From Isoptericola halotolerans (lineage in GTDB: Bacteria > Actinomycetota > Actinomycetes > Actinomycetales > Cellulomonadaceae): a stretch of 64,000 nt of DNA. Of the stretch, positions 21,180 through 33,056 are shown in pieces. Both the position numbers and the translations under genes were made by a program. The stretch is taken from assembly GCF_013149785.1 (NCBI RefSeq), contig NZ_JABEZU010000001.1, positions 1,116,001 to 1,180,000 of the forward strand. Direction: 5' to 3'. The notes beneath the pieces were generated by a model, which was not told the DNA's origin, did not search any database, and was given only the letters and a program-made list of their open reading frames with translations. Each line of letters begins with the position of its first letter. The first letter of the stretch is position 1.

Positions 21180-22146
21180 GAACCGCTACGAGAACCCGGG
21201 CGGCTCGGCGACGCCGCGCCCGGGGCAGGAACGCTACGTCGCCCCGGTCGACGAGGGCGGTCTCGGCGCCGTCGACGCGGTGCGGACCGACGACGCCCCG
21301 ACCAGCCTCTGGCGGGACGCCTGGCTCCAGATGCGGAGCCGGTGGCTGTTCTGGGTGTCGGCCGTGATCATCGTGCTCGTGGTGATCGTCGCCGCCTTCC
21401 CCGGACTGTTCACCACGCTGAGCCCGCGGGTGTGCAACCTCTCCCAGGCGCTCGAGCCGCCGCAGCCGGGACACCCCTTCGGGTTCGATCGCCAGGGCTG
21501 CGACATCTACACGCGCACGATCTTCGGTGCGCGGGCCTCGGTCGTGGTCGGCGTGCTCGCGACCACGATGGTCGTGGTCTTCGGCACGGCGGTGGGCGCG
21601 ATCGCGGGCTACTACGGCAAGTGGTTCGACACGATCCTGAGCCGCATGACGGACATCTTCTTCGCCATCCCGCTGGTGCTCGCGGCCATCGTCATCATGT
21701 CGGTCACGACCAACCGCACCTCCTTCACGGTGGCCTTCGTGCTGGCGTTGTTCGGGTGGCCACAGATCGCCCGGATCACGCGTGGCACGGTGCTGTCCGT
21801 GAAGAACAACGAGTTCGTCACGGCGGCGAAGTCCCTCGGCATGGGCCGGGGAAGGATCTTGTGGCAGCACGTGCTGCCGAACTCCGCGGCTCCGATCATC
21901 GTCTACGCGACGGTCGCGCTCGGACAGTTCATCGTCGCCGAGGCGACCCTGAGCTTCCTGGGCATCGGCCTGCCGCCGTCGACGGTCTCCTGGGGCGGTG
22001 ACATCTCCGCGGCGCAGGGAGCGATCCGCACCGCGCCGGAGATCCTCCTCTACCCGGCCGGAGGCCTGGCACTGACGGTGCTCGGCTTCATGATGATGGG
22101 CGACGTCGTGCGCGACGCCCTCGACCCGAAGGCTCGCAAGCGATGA
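21172..22146 (+). CDS. Oligopeptide ABC permease OppC-like
   Basis: HPFGFDRQGCD, EATLSFLGIG, GDVVRDALDP. Confidence 0.94.
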   Translation: MPENRYENPGGSATPRPGQERYVAPVDEGGLGAVDAVRTDDAPTSLWRDAWLQMRSRWLFWVSAVIIVLVVIVAAFPGLFTTLSPRVCNLSQALEPPQPGHPFGFDRQGCDIYTRTIFGARASVVVGVLATTMVVVFGTAVGAIAGYYGKWFDTILSRMTDIFFAIPLVLAAIVIMSVTTNRTSFTVAFVLALFGWPQIARITRGTVLSVKNNEFVTAAKSLGMGRGRILWQHVLPNSAAPIIVYATVALGQFIVAEATLSFLGIGLPPSTVSWGGDISAAQGAIRTAPEILLYPAGGLALTVLGFMMMGDVVRDALDPKARKR

Positions 22147-23897
22147 CCACCCAGTTCCCCGTGACGAACGAGGGCGCCGACGGCACCACAGGTCCCGCGC
22201 CCGTCGACACCAGTACGCCGCTGCTCGAGATCCACGACCTGGAGATCTCGTTCACCACCGGGTCCGGCGAGGTCCAGGCGGTCCGCGGCGCGGACCTGAC
22301 CGTCTACCCCGGCCAGAGCGTCGCGATCGTCGGCGAGTCGGGCTCCGGCAAGTCGACGACGGCCGCCGCGATCATCGACCTGCTGCCGGGCACCGGCAAG
22401 ATCACGGGTGGTTCCATCCGCTTCGACGGGCGCGAGCTCGTCGGGGCGCCCCGCGCCGAGAAGGAGGCCCTGCGGGGCCGGGCGATCGGGCTGGTCCCAC
22501 AGGACCCGATGTCCAACCTCAACCCCGTGTGGCGGATCGGCACGCAGGTCGAGGAGGCCCTCAAGGCCAACGGCTTCAAGGGGTCCAAGGCCGACCTGCG
22601 TGCACGGGTCGCCGAGGTGCTCGCCGAGGCCGGCCTGCCGGACGCGGCGCGCCGTTCCCGGCAGTACCCTCACGAGTTCTCCGGGGGCATGCGCCAGCGC
22701 GCGCTCATCGGGATCGGGCTGGCCGCCCGGCCGCAGCTCCTCATCGCCGACGAGCCCACCTCCGCGCTGGACGTCACCGTCCAGCGGCAGATCCTCGACC
22801 ACCTCGAGGGCATGACTCGTGACCTCGGGACGGCGTTGCTGTTCATCACGCACGACCTGGGGCTGGCGGCCGAGCGCGCCGAGCACCTGCTGGTGATGTT
22901 CAAGGGCAAGGTCGTCGAGTCAGGCCCGGCCCGCGAGATCCTCGCCGACCCGCGGCACCCGTACACGCAGCGGCTCGTGGCCTCTGCGCCGTCACTGGCG
23001 TCGCGCCGCATCCAGACGGCGCACGTCCACGGCGAGGAGTCCCCGGAGCTGCTCGCGCACCACGCGGACGAGCCTCCGGCGGCGGGGCCGGCCACCGTGG
23101 TCGAGACGAAGAACCTCTCGAAGGTCTTCCAGATCCGCGGGCCGCGTCCGGGCTCCTCGACCGACTTCACCGCGGTGGACGACGTCTCGTTCACGCTCGG
23201 CCGGGGGCGCACGCTCGCCATCGTGGGGGAGTCGGGCTCCGGCAAGTCCACCGTGGCCAACATGGTGCTGGGCCTCCTGGAACCGACCTCGGGCAGCGTC
23301 GAGTTCGACGGCGTCGACCTCGCGTCGTTGAACGCCAAGGAGGCGTTCGCGTTCCGCCGCCGTGTCCAGCCGGTGTTCCAGAACCCCTACGGCTCGCTCG
23401 ACCCCATGTTCTCGATCTTCCGCTCGATCGAGGAGCCGCTCCGTCTGCACTCCGTCGGATCGGCGAAGGAGCGCGAGGCGCGCGTGCGCGAGCTGCTCGA
23501 CATGGTCTCCCTGCCGCAGTCCGCCATGCGCCGGTTCCCGAACGAGCTCTCGGGCGGTCAGCGTCAGCGCATCGCCATCGCCCGCGCGCTGGCTCTCAAG
23601 CCGGAGGTGATCGTCCTCGACGAGGCGGTCTCGGCCCTCGACGTGCTGGTCCAGGCGCAGGTGCTCGACCTGCTCGGCGACCTGCAGACCGAGCTCGGGC
23701 TGAGCTACCTGTTCATCACGCACGACCTGGCCGTGGTCCGGCAGATCGCCGACGACGTCGTCGTCATGCAGAACGGGAAGGTCGTCGAGCAGGCCACCAC
23801 CGACGAGGTCTTCGACTCCCCGCGCGAGCAGTACACCCGCGACCTGCTCGCGGCGATCCCGGGTGCCGGGCTCGTCGGCGACGAGATCGCCGGCTGA
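22143..23897 (+). CDS. Oligopeptide ABC ATP-binding protein (fused OppD-OppF)
   Basis: Two GESGSGKS, FSGGMRQR and LSGGQRQR signatures. Confidence 0.95.
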   Translation: MTTQFPVTNEGADGTTGPAPVDTSTPLLEIHDLEISFTTGSGEVQAVRGADLTVYPGQSVAIVGESGSGKSTTAAAIIDLLPGTGKITGGSIRFDGRELVGAPRAEKEALRGRAIGLVPQDPMSNLNPVWRIGTQVEEALKANGFKGSKADLRARVAEVLAEAGLPDAARRSRQYPHEFSGGMRQRALIGIGLAARPQLLIADEPTSALDVTVQRQILDHLEGMTRDLGTALLFITHDLGLAAERAEHLLVMFKGKVVESGPAREILADPRHPYTQRLVASAPSLASRRIQTAHVHGEESPELLAHHADEPPAAGPATVVETKNLSKVFQIRGPRPGSSTDFTAVDDVSFTLGRGRTLAIVGESGSGKSTVANMVLGLLEPTSGSVEFDGVDLASLNAKEAFAFRRRVQPVFQNPYGSLDPMFSIFRSIEEPLRLHSVGSAKEREARVRELLDMVSLPQSAMRRFPNELSGGQRQRIAIARALALKPEVIVLDEAVSALDVLVQAQVLDLLGDLQTELGLSYLFITHDLAVVRQIADDVVVMQNGKVVEQATTDEVFDSPREQYTRDLLAAIPGAGLVGDEIAG

Positions 23898-23922
23898 CGA
23901 GCTGCTGCACGTCGTCGCAGCG

Positions 23923-23959
23923 CACGCCGTCGGCCGGCACCGCCCGGGCCGACGGCGTG
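23923..23959 (+). terminator. Stem-loop at end of opp operon
   Basis: 13-bp stem cacgccgtcggcc / ggccgacggcgtg. Confidence 0.6.
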
Positions 23960-23999
23960 TGCGGTTGCCGTGCGCGGGGCGTCAGGGAAGTGTGAAGCC

Positions 24000-25685
24000 A
24001 TGACACGCCGACGTTCGACCATCGCACCCGCCGTGTTCTACCCGGCCGGTGTCCTGATCCTGCTGTTCGTCCTCGTCGCGTTCTTCGCGACCGACGTCGT
24101 CGCGGAGGTCATGAACACGCTCCAGGCGAAGACCATCAACGGCTTCGGCTGGTACTACATCGTCATCGTCGCGGCCTTCATGATCTTCGCGATCTGGATG
24201 GGCGTCAGCCGGTTCGGCGAGATCACCCTCGGGCCCGACGACGAGGAGGCGGACTTCAAGCTCCCGGTCTGGTTCGCGATGCTCTTCGCCACCGGGATGG
24301 GGATCGGGCTCGTCTACTACGGCGTCGCCGAGCCGTTGTCGCACTTCGAGTCGCCGAAGCCGGGCGTGACGGGCGAGGCCCCGGCCCTCGCGCAGGCCGC
24401 GATGGGTCAGACGTACGTCCACTGGGGCTTCCACGCCTGGGGCATCTACGTGGTCATCGGCCTCGCGCTGGCCTACGCGATCCACCGCAAGGGACGCCCC
24501 GCCTCGATCCGGTGGGCGCTCGAACCGCTGCTCGGCGAGAAGCGCGTCAAAGGTTGGCTCGGGAACCTCATCGACGTCCTCGCCATCTTCGGCACGGTCT
24601 TCGGCGTCGCCACCTCGCTGGGGCTCGGTGTGCAGCAGGTGGCTGCCGGCCTGGAGTACCTGGAGGTGGCCGACGCGACGCTCGCGCTCCAGCTGGGCCT
24701 CATCGCCGCGATCACGGCCGTGGCGGCGATCTCGGTGGCCTCGGGCCTGGAGCGGGGGATCAAGTGGCTGTCCAACGCCAACATGGTGCTGGCCGGTGCG
24801 CTCGTCGTCACGGTCCTGGTCCTGGGGTCCTCGCTGTTCCTGCTGCGCGAGTGGGTGCAGTCCATCGGCTACTACTTCCAGAACGTCATGATGATGACGT
24901 TCGACACCCTGGCGTTCCAGGGCGCGGACGGGCTCGCCTGGGAGTCGAGCTGGACCATCTTCTACTGGGGCTGGTGGATCTCCTGGGCGCCCTTCGTCGG
25001 GCTGTTCATCGCCCGCATCTCGCGGGGCCGCACGGTGCGCGAGTTCGTCCTGGGCACGCTGCTGGTCCCGATGCTGGTCTCCACGATCTGGTTCAGCGTG
25101 TTCGGGGGGTCGGCGATCCGTCAGGAGCGCAACGAGCCCGGGTCGATGCTGACGCCCGACCCTCAGACGGGCGAGATGGTGGTCAACACCGACACCGCCA
25201 TGTTCCAGCTCTTCGAGACCCTGCCCGGCGGCGGGGCGTGGATGGCCGTCGTCGCGATCATCCTGGTCGTGGTGTTCTTCGTGACGTCGTCGGACTCCGG
25301 GTCGTTCGTGGTGGACATGCTCGCCAACGGCGGGAACCAGAACCCACCGCTGTGGTCCCGGCTGTTCTGGGCGATCCTCGAGGGTGGTGTGGCCGCGGCG
25401 CTGCTGTACGCGGGGGGTCTCAACGCGTTGCAGACCGCGGCGATCCTCACCGCCCTGCCGTTCTCGCTGGTGATGGTCGGGTCGGCGATCTCGGTGTGGA
25501 AGGCGCTCGACATCGAGTACCGCCAGATCACCCGCGCGGAGCGCCGCCTGCGCCGCCGGGAGCTCACCGAGCACGTGACGGTGCAGGTCACCGACCACGT
25601 CACCGAGAACTTCGCGGAGATCAGCGAGCAGAGCAAGAACGCCGGGGCACGGCGCTCGCGAAGGAAGCGGGGGACCTCCGGGTAG
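24000..25685 (+). CDS. BCCT family (betaine/carnitine/choline) transporter
   Basis: WFAMLFATGMGIGL, HWGFHAW, WTIFYWGWWISWAPFVGLFIARISRGRTVREF, FFVTSSDS. Confidence 0.95.
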   Translation: MTRRRSTIAPAVFYPAGVLILLFVLVAFFATDVVAEVMNTLQAKTINGFGWYYIVIVAAFMIFAIWMGVSRFGEITLGPDDEEADFKLPVWFAMLFATGMGIGLVYYGVAEPLSHFESPKPGVTGEAPALAQAAMGQTYVHWGFHAWGIYVVIGLALAYAIHRKGRPASIRWALEPLLGEKRVKGWLGNLIDVLAIFGTVFGVATSLGLGVQQVAAGLEYLEVADATLALQLGLIAAITAVAAISVASGLERGIKWLSNANMVLAGALVVTVLVLGSSLFLLREWVQSIGYYFQNVMMMTFDTLAFQGADGLAWESSWTIFYWGWWISWAPFVGLFIARISRGRTVREFVLGTLLVPMLVSTIWFSVFGGSAIRQERNEPGSMLTPDPQTGEMVVNTDTAMFQLFETLPGGGAWMAVVAIILVVVFFVTSSDSGSFVVDMLANGGNQNPPLWSRLFWAILEGGVAAALLYAGGLNALQTAAILTALPFSLVMVGSAISVWKALDIEYRQITRAERRLRRRELTEHVTVQVTDHVTENFAEISEQSKNAGARRSRRKRGTSG

Positions 25686-25739
25686 GATGGAGCGGCCCCG
25701 GGTTCCCGGGTGCCACCTCCCACGGAAAGAGAACCGTAG

Positions 25740-27650
<1,911 letters not shown>

Positions 27651-27654
27651 CACC

Positions 27655-28647
27655 GTGCGTGCCGGGGCCGGCCTGCGGCCGCACGGGGGGCTGCTGGCCG
27701 TCCACGCGCACCCGGACGACGAGACGCTCGCGACCGGGGCGCTGCTGGCCGCCTGGGCCGCGGCGGGTGAACCCGTCACGGTCGTGACCTGCACGCGGGG
27801 CGAGCGTGGCGAGGTGATCGACACCGCGGCGCACCCCACGGGTCTCGCGCACCTCGAGGGGGACGGCCGTGCCCTGGCCGCGCACCGGGAGGGCGAGCTG
27901 GCCGCCGCGCTGGCCGCCCTCGGGGTCCGTGACCACGCGTTCCTCGACCACGTCCTCCTCGACCAGGAGGACCCCGAGCGCTTCGAGGACTCCGGGATGT
28001 CCTGGGTCGCGCCGGGGATAGCCGGTCCGGCACCGGACTCGGGGCCGACGGCGTTCGCCCGCCTCCCGCTGGACGTCGCGGCCTCGCGTCTCGCCGCCGT
28101 CGTCCGCGACCGGCGACCCGGCGTCGTCGCGACCTACGAGGCCGGTGGCGGCTACGGCCACCCGGACCACGTGCGGGCGCACCAGGTGACCGTGCGCGCG
28201 CTGGAGGTGGCCGCCGACCCGGGTGCCGACGTCGTCGGGGAGGCCTGGACCGTCCCGGAGCGGTGGGAGGTCGTCGAGCCCGCGGAGGAGGTGCGGGGCG
28301 CACGGAGCGCGCTCGCCGACGCCCCGTCCGTCCGCCGGCTCGCCGCGGAGCACGGGCTCACCGTGCCTGCTGCGGACGCGACGCTGCCGCCGGTCGCGGT
28401 GCCGCGCGAGGAGCTCGAGCGGTCCGCGACGGTCACGGTCGAGGTCGCGCCGGTCCTCGACCGCCTCCTGGCGGCACTGGCGGCTCACGCCACCCAGGTC
28501 CAGCACGTGGGGCGCACGGCGGACGCGGGTCCTGCCGTGCTGGGCCGCTACGCGCTCAGCAACGGCGTGCTCGCCCCGGTCCCGAGCCGGGCGCGCCTGC
28601 GTCGGGTGCCGGCGCCGGGGACGACGCCGGTAGGCTCGGGCCGGTGA
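27655..28647 (+). CDS. mshB: PIG-L family deacetylase, MshB-like (mycothiol biosynthesis)
   Basis: HAHPDDE, TCTRGERGEV, DSGM, GGYGHPDH motifs; position between typA and fdxA as for mycobacterial mshB. Confidence 0.75.
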   Translation: MRAGAGLRPHGGLLAVHAHPDDETLATGALLAAWAAAGEPVTVVTCTRGERGEVIDTAAHPTGLAHLEGDGRALAAHREGELAAALAALGVRDHAFLDHVLLDQEDPERFEDSGMSWVAPGIAGPAPDSGPTAFARLPLDVAASRLAAVVRDRRPGVVATYEAGGGYGHPDHVRAHQVTVRALEVAADPGADVVGEAWTVPERWEVVEPAEEVRGARSALADAPSVRRLAAEHGLTVPAADATLPPVAVPREELERSATVTVEVAPVLDRLLAALAAHATQVQHVGRTADAGPAVLGRYALSNGVLAPVPSRARLRRVPAPGTTPVGSGR

Positions 28648-29096
28648 GCTCGCCCGCGCCGTACGACGCCTCGTCCGCACCGCACCACGCGTCGGCCCGC
28701 CCGGCAGGTCCTCCGGGCGGTCGAGCGCTCGCCGGGCGCGCCGTCCTGGCGCTGCTCCTGGGTGCTGCGGTCGGCGTGATCGGCACCGTCGCGCACCGCG
28801 TCGAGTGGGCCGGCCTGCCGGCGGGCCTGGCGCTGGCGCTGACGCTGACGGCCTCCACCGCGGTGCTCTGCCGGGCCTGGTCGGGGGCGGTGACGCTGCT
28901 GGCGACCGCTGCGGGCTGGTTCCTCGCGGTCCAGGTCCTGTCCGCGTCGGGCCCCGGGGGTGACGTGCTCGTGCCCGCGCAGACCGTCGGCTACGTCTGG
29001 ACGTACGGTGGCCTCGCGCTGCTCGCGGCTCCGGCCCTCCTGCCTCGTTCCTGGTTCGTGGACGACGGCGGCGACGGGGCCGGCCCGCGGTCGTGA
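28644..29096 (+). CDS. Small membrane protein (DUF6113-like)
   Basis: About 4 TM helices, GPGGDVLV motif, usual neighbour of mshB; TAGGCT 7 nt upstream of GTG. Confidence 0.7.
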   Translation: MSSPAPYDASSAPHHASARPAGPPGGRALAGRAVLALLLGAAVGVIGTVAHRVEWAGLPAGLALALTLTASTAVLCRAWSGAVTLLATAAGWFLAVQVLSASGPGGDVLVPAQTVGYVWTYGGLALLAAPALLPRSWFVDDGGDGAGPRS

Positions 29097-29197
29097 CCGG
29101 GCGCGCCGAGTAGGATTCGTTCTCGCGCGGTGCTGCCGCGCTCAGATCCGGCCCGGGGGCACGGTTGGCCCCCACGAGACCAGCACGGAGCGTGTCG

Positions 29198-31225
29198 ATG
29201 GGCAAGCCGACCGAGAGCGACGAGAACCTGCCCGAGCAGGGTGGGTCGGCGTCGTCGGAGGCAGCGCAGACGCCCGCCGCGCCATCCGCGCCGGACACGC
29301 CGTCCGCCCCGGACGTACCCGACAGCCCCTACCAGCCGGCGGTGCGTGCCTACGAGAACCGCCGTCCGCCGGGTGCCTCGTCGCCCGCGAGCGCGTCGTC
29401 CGCGCCGCCGACCGAGGCGATCCCTTCCGTGACCGGAGCGGCCGGGGCGGCCGGAGCGGCCGGGGCGGACGACCCGGCGCAGTCGTCCTCGGGCACCGCC
29501 GGGACGCCGCTGGAGGGCCTGCAGGGCGACGGGGCACCGAGTCGCTGGCCCAAGGTGCTGCTGGGCGTCGGCGCCGGGGTCGTGGTGCTCGCCGGACTCT
29601 ACGTGGGTGCGCAGTGGTTCGTGGCCGACTCGGTGCCGTCCGGCACGACGGTGGCCGGGGTGGACCTCGGGGGCCTGGACGCCACCGAGGCGGTCACCGC
29701 GCTGGAGCAGGGGCTCGCACCGCGGGCCGCGGAACCCGTCACGGTCCAGGCCGGTGAGGTCTCCAGCACCGTCGATCCGACCGAGGCCGGGCTGTCGCTG
29801 GACGCGCAGGCCACGGTCGACGGGCTCACGGGGTTCTCGTTGAGCCCCGGACGCCTGATCGACCACCTCGCCGGTGGGGGTGAGGTCGCCCCGGAGGTGG
29901 ACGTCGACAGGGCTGCGCTCACGGCGACCGTGTCGTCGGTCGCGGACTCTCTCGCCACGGAGCCCGTGGACGGCACGGTGCAGTTCGCGGACGGCGAGCC
30001 GGTCGCCACCGAGGCCGCCGACGGCACCGAGGTGGTCACCGACGCTGCCGAGGAGGTCCTGGTCGGTGCCTGGCTCGTCAGCACCGGCCCGGTCGACCTG
30101 CCCACGGAGGCGGTCCCGCCGCAGATCGACCAGGCCGACACCGATGCGGCTCTCGAGGTCGCGGAGGAGATCGTGTCGGGACCGGTGACGGTGGAGGTCG
30201 ACGACCAGAGCCCCGAGCTGCCCCCGCGGGTCCTGGCGCGCTCCACCTCGTTCGTCCCGGCCGACGGCGCGCTGGTGGCGGAGTTCGACGGCGACCGGCT
30301 CACCAGCGCGCTCATCGACCGCACGGACGACCTGCTGAGCGAGCCGAACGACGCCCGGTTCGAGTTCTCCGGCGGCGAGCCGGCGATCGTCGGCGGCGAG
30401 ATCGGTACCACCCTCGATCCGGAGGCGGTGGCGTCCGCGGTCGGCGAGGCCGCGCAGGGCGGCGAACGACGGACCACCGTCGAGCTGGTGGAGGAGGACC
30501 CGGAGGACTCGGTCGCCTCGCTCGAGGAGCTCGGCGTCAAGGAGGTCGTCTCGGAGTTCTCCACGCCGCTGACCAGCGAACCCGTCCGCACCAAGAACCT
30601 GGTGCGCGGTGCCGAGCTGGTCAACGAGACGCTCGTCAAGCCCGGTGAGACGTTCTCCCTGCTCGACACGTTGTCCCCGATCGACACCTCGAACGGCTTC
30701 TTCGCCGCGGGCGTCGTCAGCAACGGTCTGCACGTGGACGCGGTCGGTGGCGGGCTGTCGCAGATGGCCACGACGACCTACAACGCCGGCTTCTTCGCGG
30801 GGTTCGACGACGTCGAGCACCGTCAGCACAGCTACTGGTTCAGTCGCTACCCGGCGGGCCGGGAGGCGACCATCTACGTCGGCTCCATCGACATGAAGTT
30901 CAAGAACGACACCCCGTACGGCGCGCTCATGCAGAGCTACGTGGCCGACGGCAGGCTCCACGTGAAGATCTGGTCCACGGAGTACTACGACGTCGAGGAG
31001 TCGGACTCTGGCAAGCAGGAGGTGGTCCCGATCAAGACGGTCGACAAGTCGGGCAGCCCGGGCTGCGAGCCGTACTCCGGCGGGCAGGCGGGGTTCGCCA
31101 TCACCGTCTACCGCAAGGTCTACCTCGACGGTGAGCTCGTCAAGGACGAGTCCAACTTCTGGCGCTACAAGCCGGACGACGCCGTGAGCTGCAGCAGGCC
31201 CGCGACGGACGAGGAGGACGACTGA
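29198..31225 (+). CDS. VanW family protein with peptidoglycan-binding-like repeats
   Basis: Low-complexity N-terminus, single TM, GTTVAGVDLGGL, VKPGETFS, GGGLSQMATTTYNA, HSYWFSRYPAGREAT, DMKFKNDT. Confidence 0.9.
   Translation: MGKPTESDENLPEQGGSASSEAAQTPAAPSAPDTPSAPDVPDSPYQPAVRAYENRRPPGASSPASASSAPPTEAIPSVTGAAGAAGAAGADDPAQSSSGTAGTPLEGLQGDGAPSRWPKVLLGVGAGVVVLAGLYVGAQWFVADSVPSGTTVAGVDLGGLDATEAVTALEQGLAPRAAEPVTVQAGEVSSTVDPTEAGLSLDAQATVDGLTGFSLSPGRLIDHLAGGGEVAPEVDVDRAALTATVSSVADSLATEPVDGTVQFADGEPVATEAADGTEVVTDAAEEVLVGAWLVSTGPVDLPTEAVPPQIDQADTDAALEVAEEIVSGPVTVEVDDQSPELPPRVLARSTSFVPADGALVAEFDGDRLTSALIDRTDDLLSEPNDARFEFSGGEPAIVGGEIGTTLDPEAVASAVGEAAQGGERRTTVELVEEDPEDSVASLEELGVKEVVSEFSTPLTSEPVRTKNLVRGAELVNETLVKPGETFSLLDTLSPIDTSNGFFAAGVVSNGLHVDAVGGGLSQMATTTYNAGFFAGFDDVEHRQHSYWFSRYPAGREATIYVGSIDMKFKNDTPYGALMQSYVADGRLHVKIWSTEYYDVEESDSGKQEVVPIKTVDKSGSPGCEPYSGGQAGFAITVYRKVYLDGELVKDESNFWRYKPDDAVSCSRPATDEEDD
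29433..29468 (+). repeat. 18-bp tandem duplication (Gly-Ala-Ala linker)
   Basis: ccggagcggccggggcgg x2 in the VanW N-terminal region. Confidence 0.8.
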
Positions 31226-32115
31226 TGCTCGGCCGTACCACCCGCGAGTCGCCGGCCCACGCCGCGCTCGCCGCGCACGAGGCGGGCTGGTCGGGCATCG
31301 CCCCGGGCTCCGTCGTGATGTCGGCCGTGCGCGACGAGTCGGGTGAGCTGCTCGACCTGGGGACGACGGCGCAGGCCCTCGACACCGTCGCGAGCATCGA
31401 CGACCTCGCGGCCGTGGTCCACGTGGGCCATCCCGAACAGCCGTCGCCCGCCCTGGAGCAGGCGCTCCTGGCGGGTGACCCCACGCTGATCGTGACCGCG
31501 GCCGTCCCGGTCCGCCCGCAGTGGGTGTGGGTGGCACCGCCGGGTGTGGTGGGCGGTCAAGTGGTCGTGGACGAGGCGGGGATGCGCGACTGCGCCGATC
31601 TGCTGCGCACCATGGGCGTGAGTCCTCGGCTCGTCCCCACGTCGACGCCGGTGGGGGAGCGTGCGGTCCTGGCCGGAGAGCACGGTTCGCTGGTGGTCGA
31701 GCGCTCGAGGGTGCCGGACGGCTGGGTGGAGGTGCCGGGCAGCGACCGGGTCGCGGCCCAGGGGCCGGTCTGGTACGGGCTGCTGCAGGCGGCCCGTGCC
31801 TGGCCACGGTTCGACGGCAGCGCCCAGGTGTGGCTCGCCTTCGGTCCCTCGGACGACCACCGGGGGTCCCTGCGCCAGACGTTGGGTGTGCTGGCCGACG
31901 CCGGGGTGGACCTGCAGCACCTGCGCAGCCATCCCTCGACGAGCGGGCCGCACGTCTTCCTGACGTCGTTCCGGTGCCCCGAGGTGGCGGTGCTGGACGC
32001 GCTGGTGTCGGAGCTCGACGCGAGGTCGGTCGCGCACCGCACCCTGGCGGTGCTCCCCGGTGACCGGTTCGCACCAGGTCCGGACGGCCTGCGCCCCCGG
32101 TGGGCGGGCGAGTGA
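31225..32115 (+). CDS. Degenerate prephenate dehydratase-like protein with C-terminal ACT domain
   Basis: Collinear by-eye similarity to the adjacent PheA; ACT-like DHRGSLRQTLGVLADAGVDLQHLRSHP; TRF replaced by VWY; coupled to both neighbours. Confidence 0.7.
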   Translation: MLGRTTRESPAHAALAAHEAGWSGIAPGSVVMSAVRDESGELLDLGTTAQALDTVASIDDLAAVVHVGHPEQPSPALEQALLAGDPTLIVTAAVPVRPQWVWVAPPGVVGGQVVVDEAGMRDCADLLRTMGVSPRLVPTSTPVGERAVLAGEHGSLVVERSRVPDGWVEVPGSDRVAAQGPVWYGLLQAARAWPRFDGSAQVWLAFGPSDDHRGSLRQTLGVLADAGVDLQHLRSHPSTSGPHVFLTSFRCPEVAVLDALVSELDARSVAHRTLAVLPGDRFAPGPDGLRPRWAGE

Positions 32116-33056
32116 GGGTCGCGTACCTGGGGCCGGAGGGCACCTTCACCCATCAGGCCGTCCGCACCTGGGCGGCAGGCCTGCCCGGCGAGACGCTCCG
32201 GGCGCTCCCGCAGGGCACGGTCGGCGAGGTCCACGACGCCGTGTCGTCCGGCGCGGCCGACGTCGGCGTCGTCGCGATCGAGAGCTCCGTGGAGGGGCAC
32301 GTGGTGCCGTCGTTGGACGTCCTGCTGGGCAGCGCGGACGTCGTCGCGGTCGACGAGGTCGTGCTCGACATCTCGTTCGACGCGTTCGTGCGGCCCGGTC
32401 ACGGGGTGCTGACCGAGGCCACGGCCCACCCGCACGGGCTGGCCCAGTGCCGCCGGTTCGTGGTGGAGCGCGGGCTCGTGGAGGTCCCGGCCGCGTCCAA
32501 CGGGGCCGCCTGCCGGGACGTGCAGGGGCACCAGGTGGCGTTCGGGCCGCGGCTGTGCGGCGAGCTCTACGGCCTCGAGACGCTCGCCGAGTCGGTGGAG
32601 GACCATCCGGGGGCGCGGACGCGCTTCCTGGTCCTCGACCGCCGCGCACGCGCCGTCGAGCGGTTCGCGCGGCGTCGCGACGCGTCCGACGACGGCGCGA
32701 CCGCGTGGCGCACGACGGTCGCGGTGACCCCGGTGGTCACCGGGCCCGGGGTGCTGGCCCGGATCACCGACGCCTTCGGTGCGCGCGCCGTGAACATGTC
32801 GAGCCTGGTGACCCGGCCCCTCAAGGCCCGCGAGGGGCAGTACGTCTTCGTGGTGACCCTGGACGCCGCACCCTGGGAGGTGCGCGAGCTGTTCGGTGAC
32901 CTGCTGGCCGCCGGTGACGCGCTCAAGGTGCTCGGGGCGTACCCCGCCGCACCGGGGGAGGGCGGCCTGGACGGGCAGCTGGCCGACCACGCTCCCGCCG
33001 GCAGCGTGCGGCACGAGGACGCGGACGCCGTCGTCGACCGAGGGCTGCTGTGGTGA
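32112..33056 (+). CDS. pheA: Prephenate dehydratase (atypical)
   Basis: AYLGPEGTFTHQA, IESSVEG, HPHGLAQC, RTRFLVL, ACT domain, KVLGAYP. Confidence 0.9.
   Translation: MRVAYLGPEGTFTHQAVRTWAAGLPGETLRALPQGTVGEVHDAVSSGAADVGVVAIESSVEGHVVPSLDVLLGSADVVAVDEVVLDISFDAFVRPGHGVLTEATAHPHGLAQCRRFVVERGLVEVPAASNGAACRDVQGHQVAFGPRLCGELYGLETLAESVEDHPGARTRFLVLDRRARAVERFARRRDASDDGATAWRTTVAVTPVVTGPGVLARITDAFGARAVNMSSLVTRPLKAREGQYVFVVTLDAAPWEVRELFGDLLAAGDALKVLGAYPAAPGEGGLDGQLADHAPAGSVRHEDADAVVDRGLLW

Noticed and set aside
29198..31225. VanW as a vancomycin-resistance locus
   Set aside because: No vanHAX or vanRS nearby; VanW-domain proteins are common chromosomal envelope proteins
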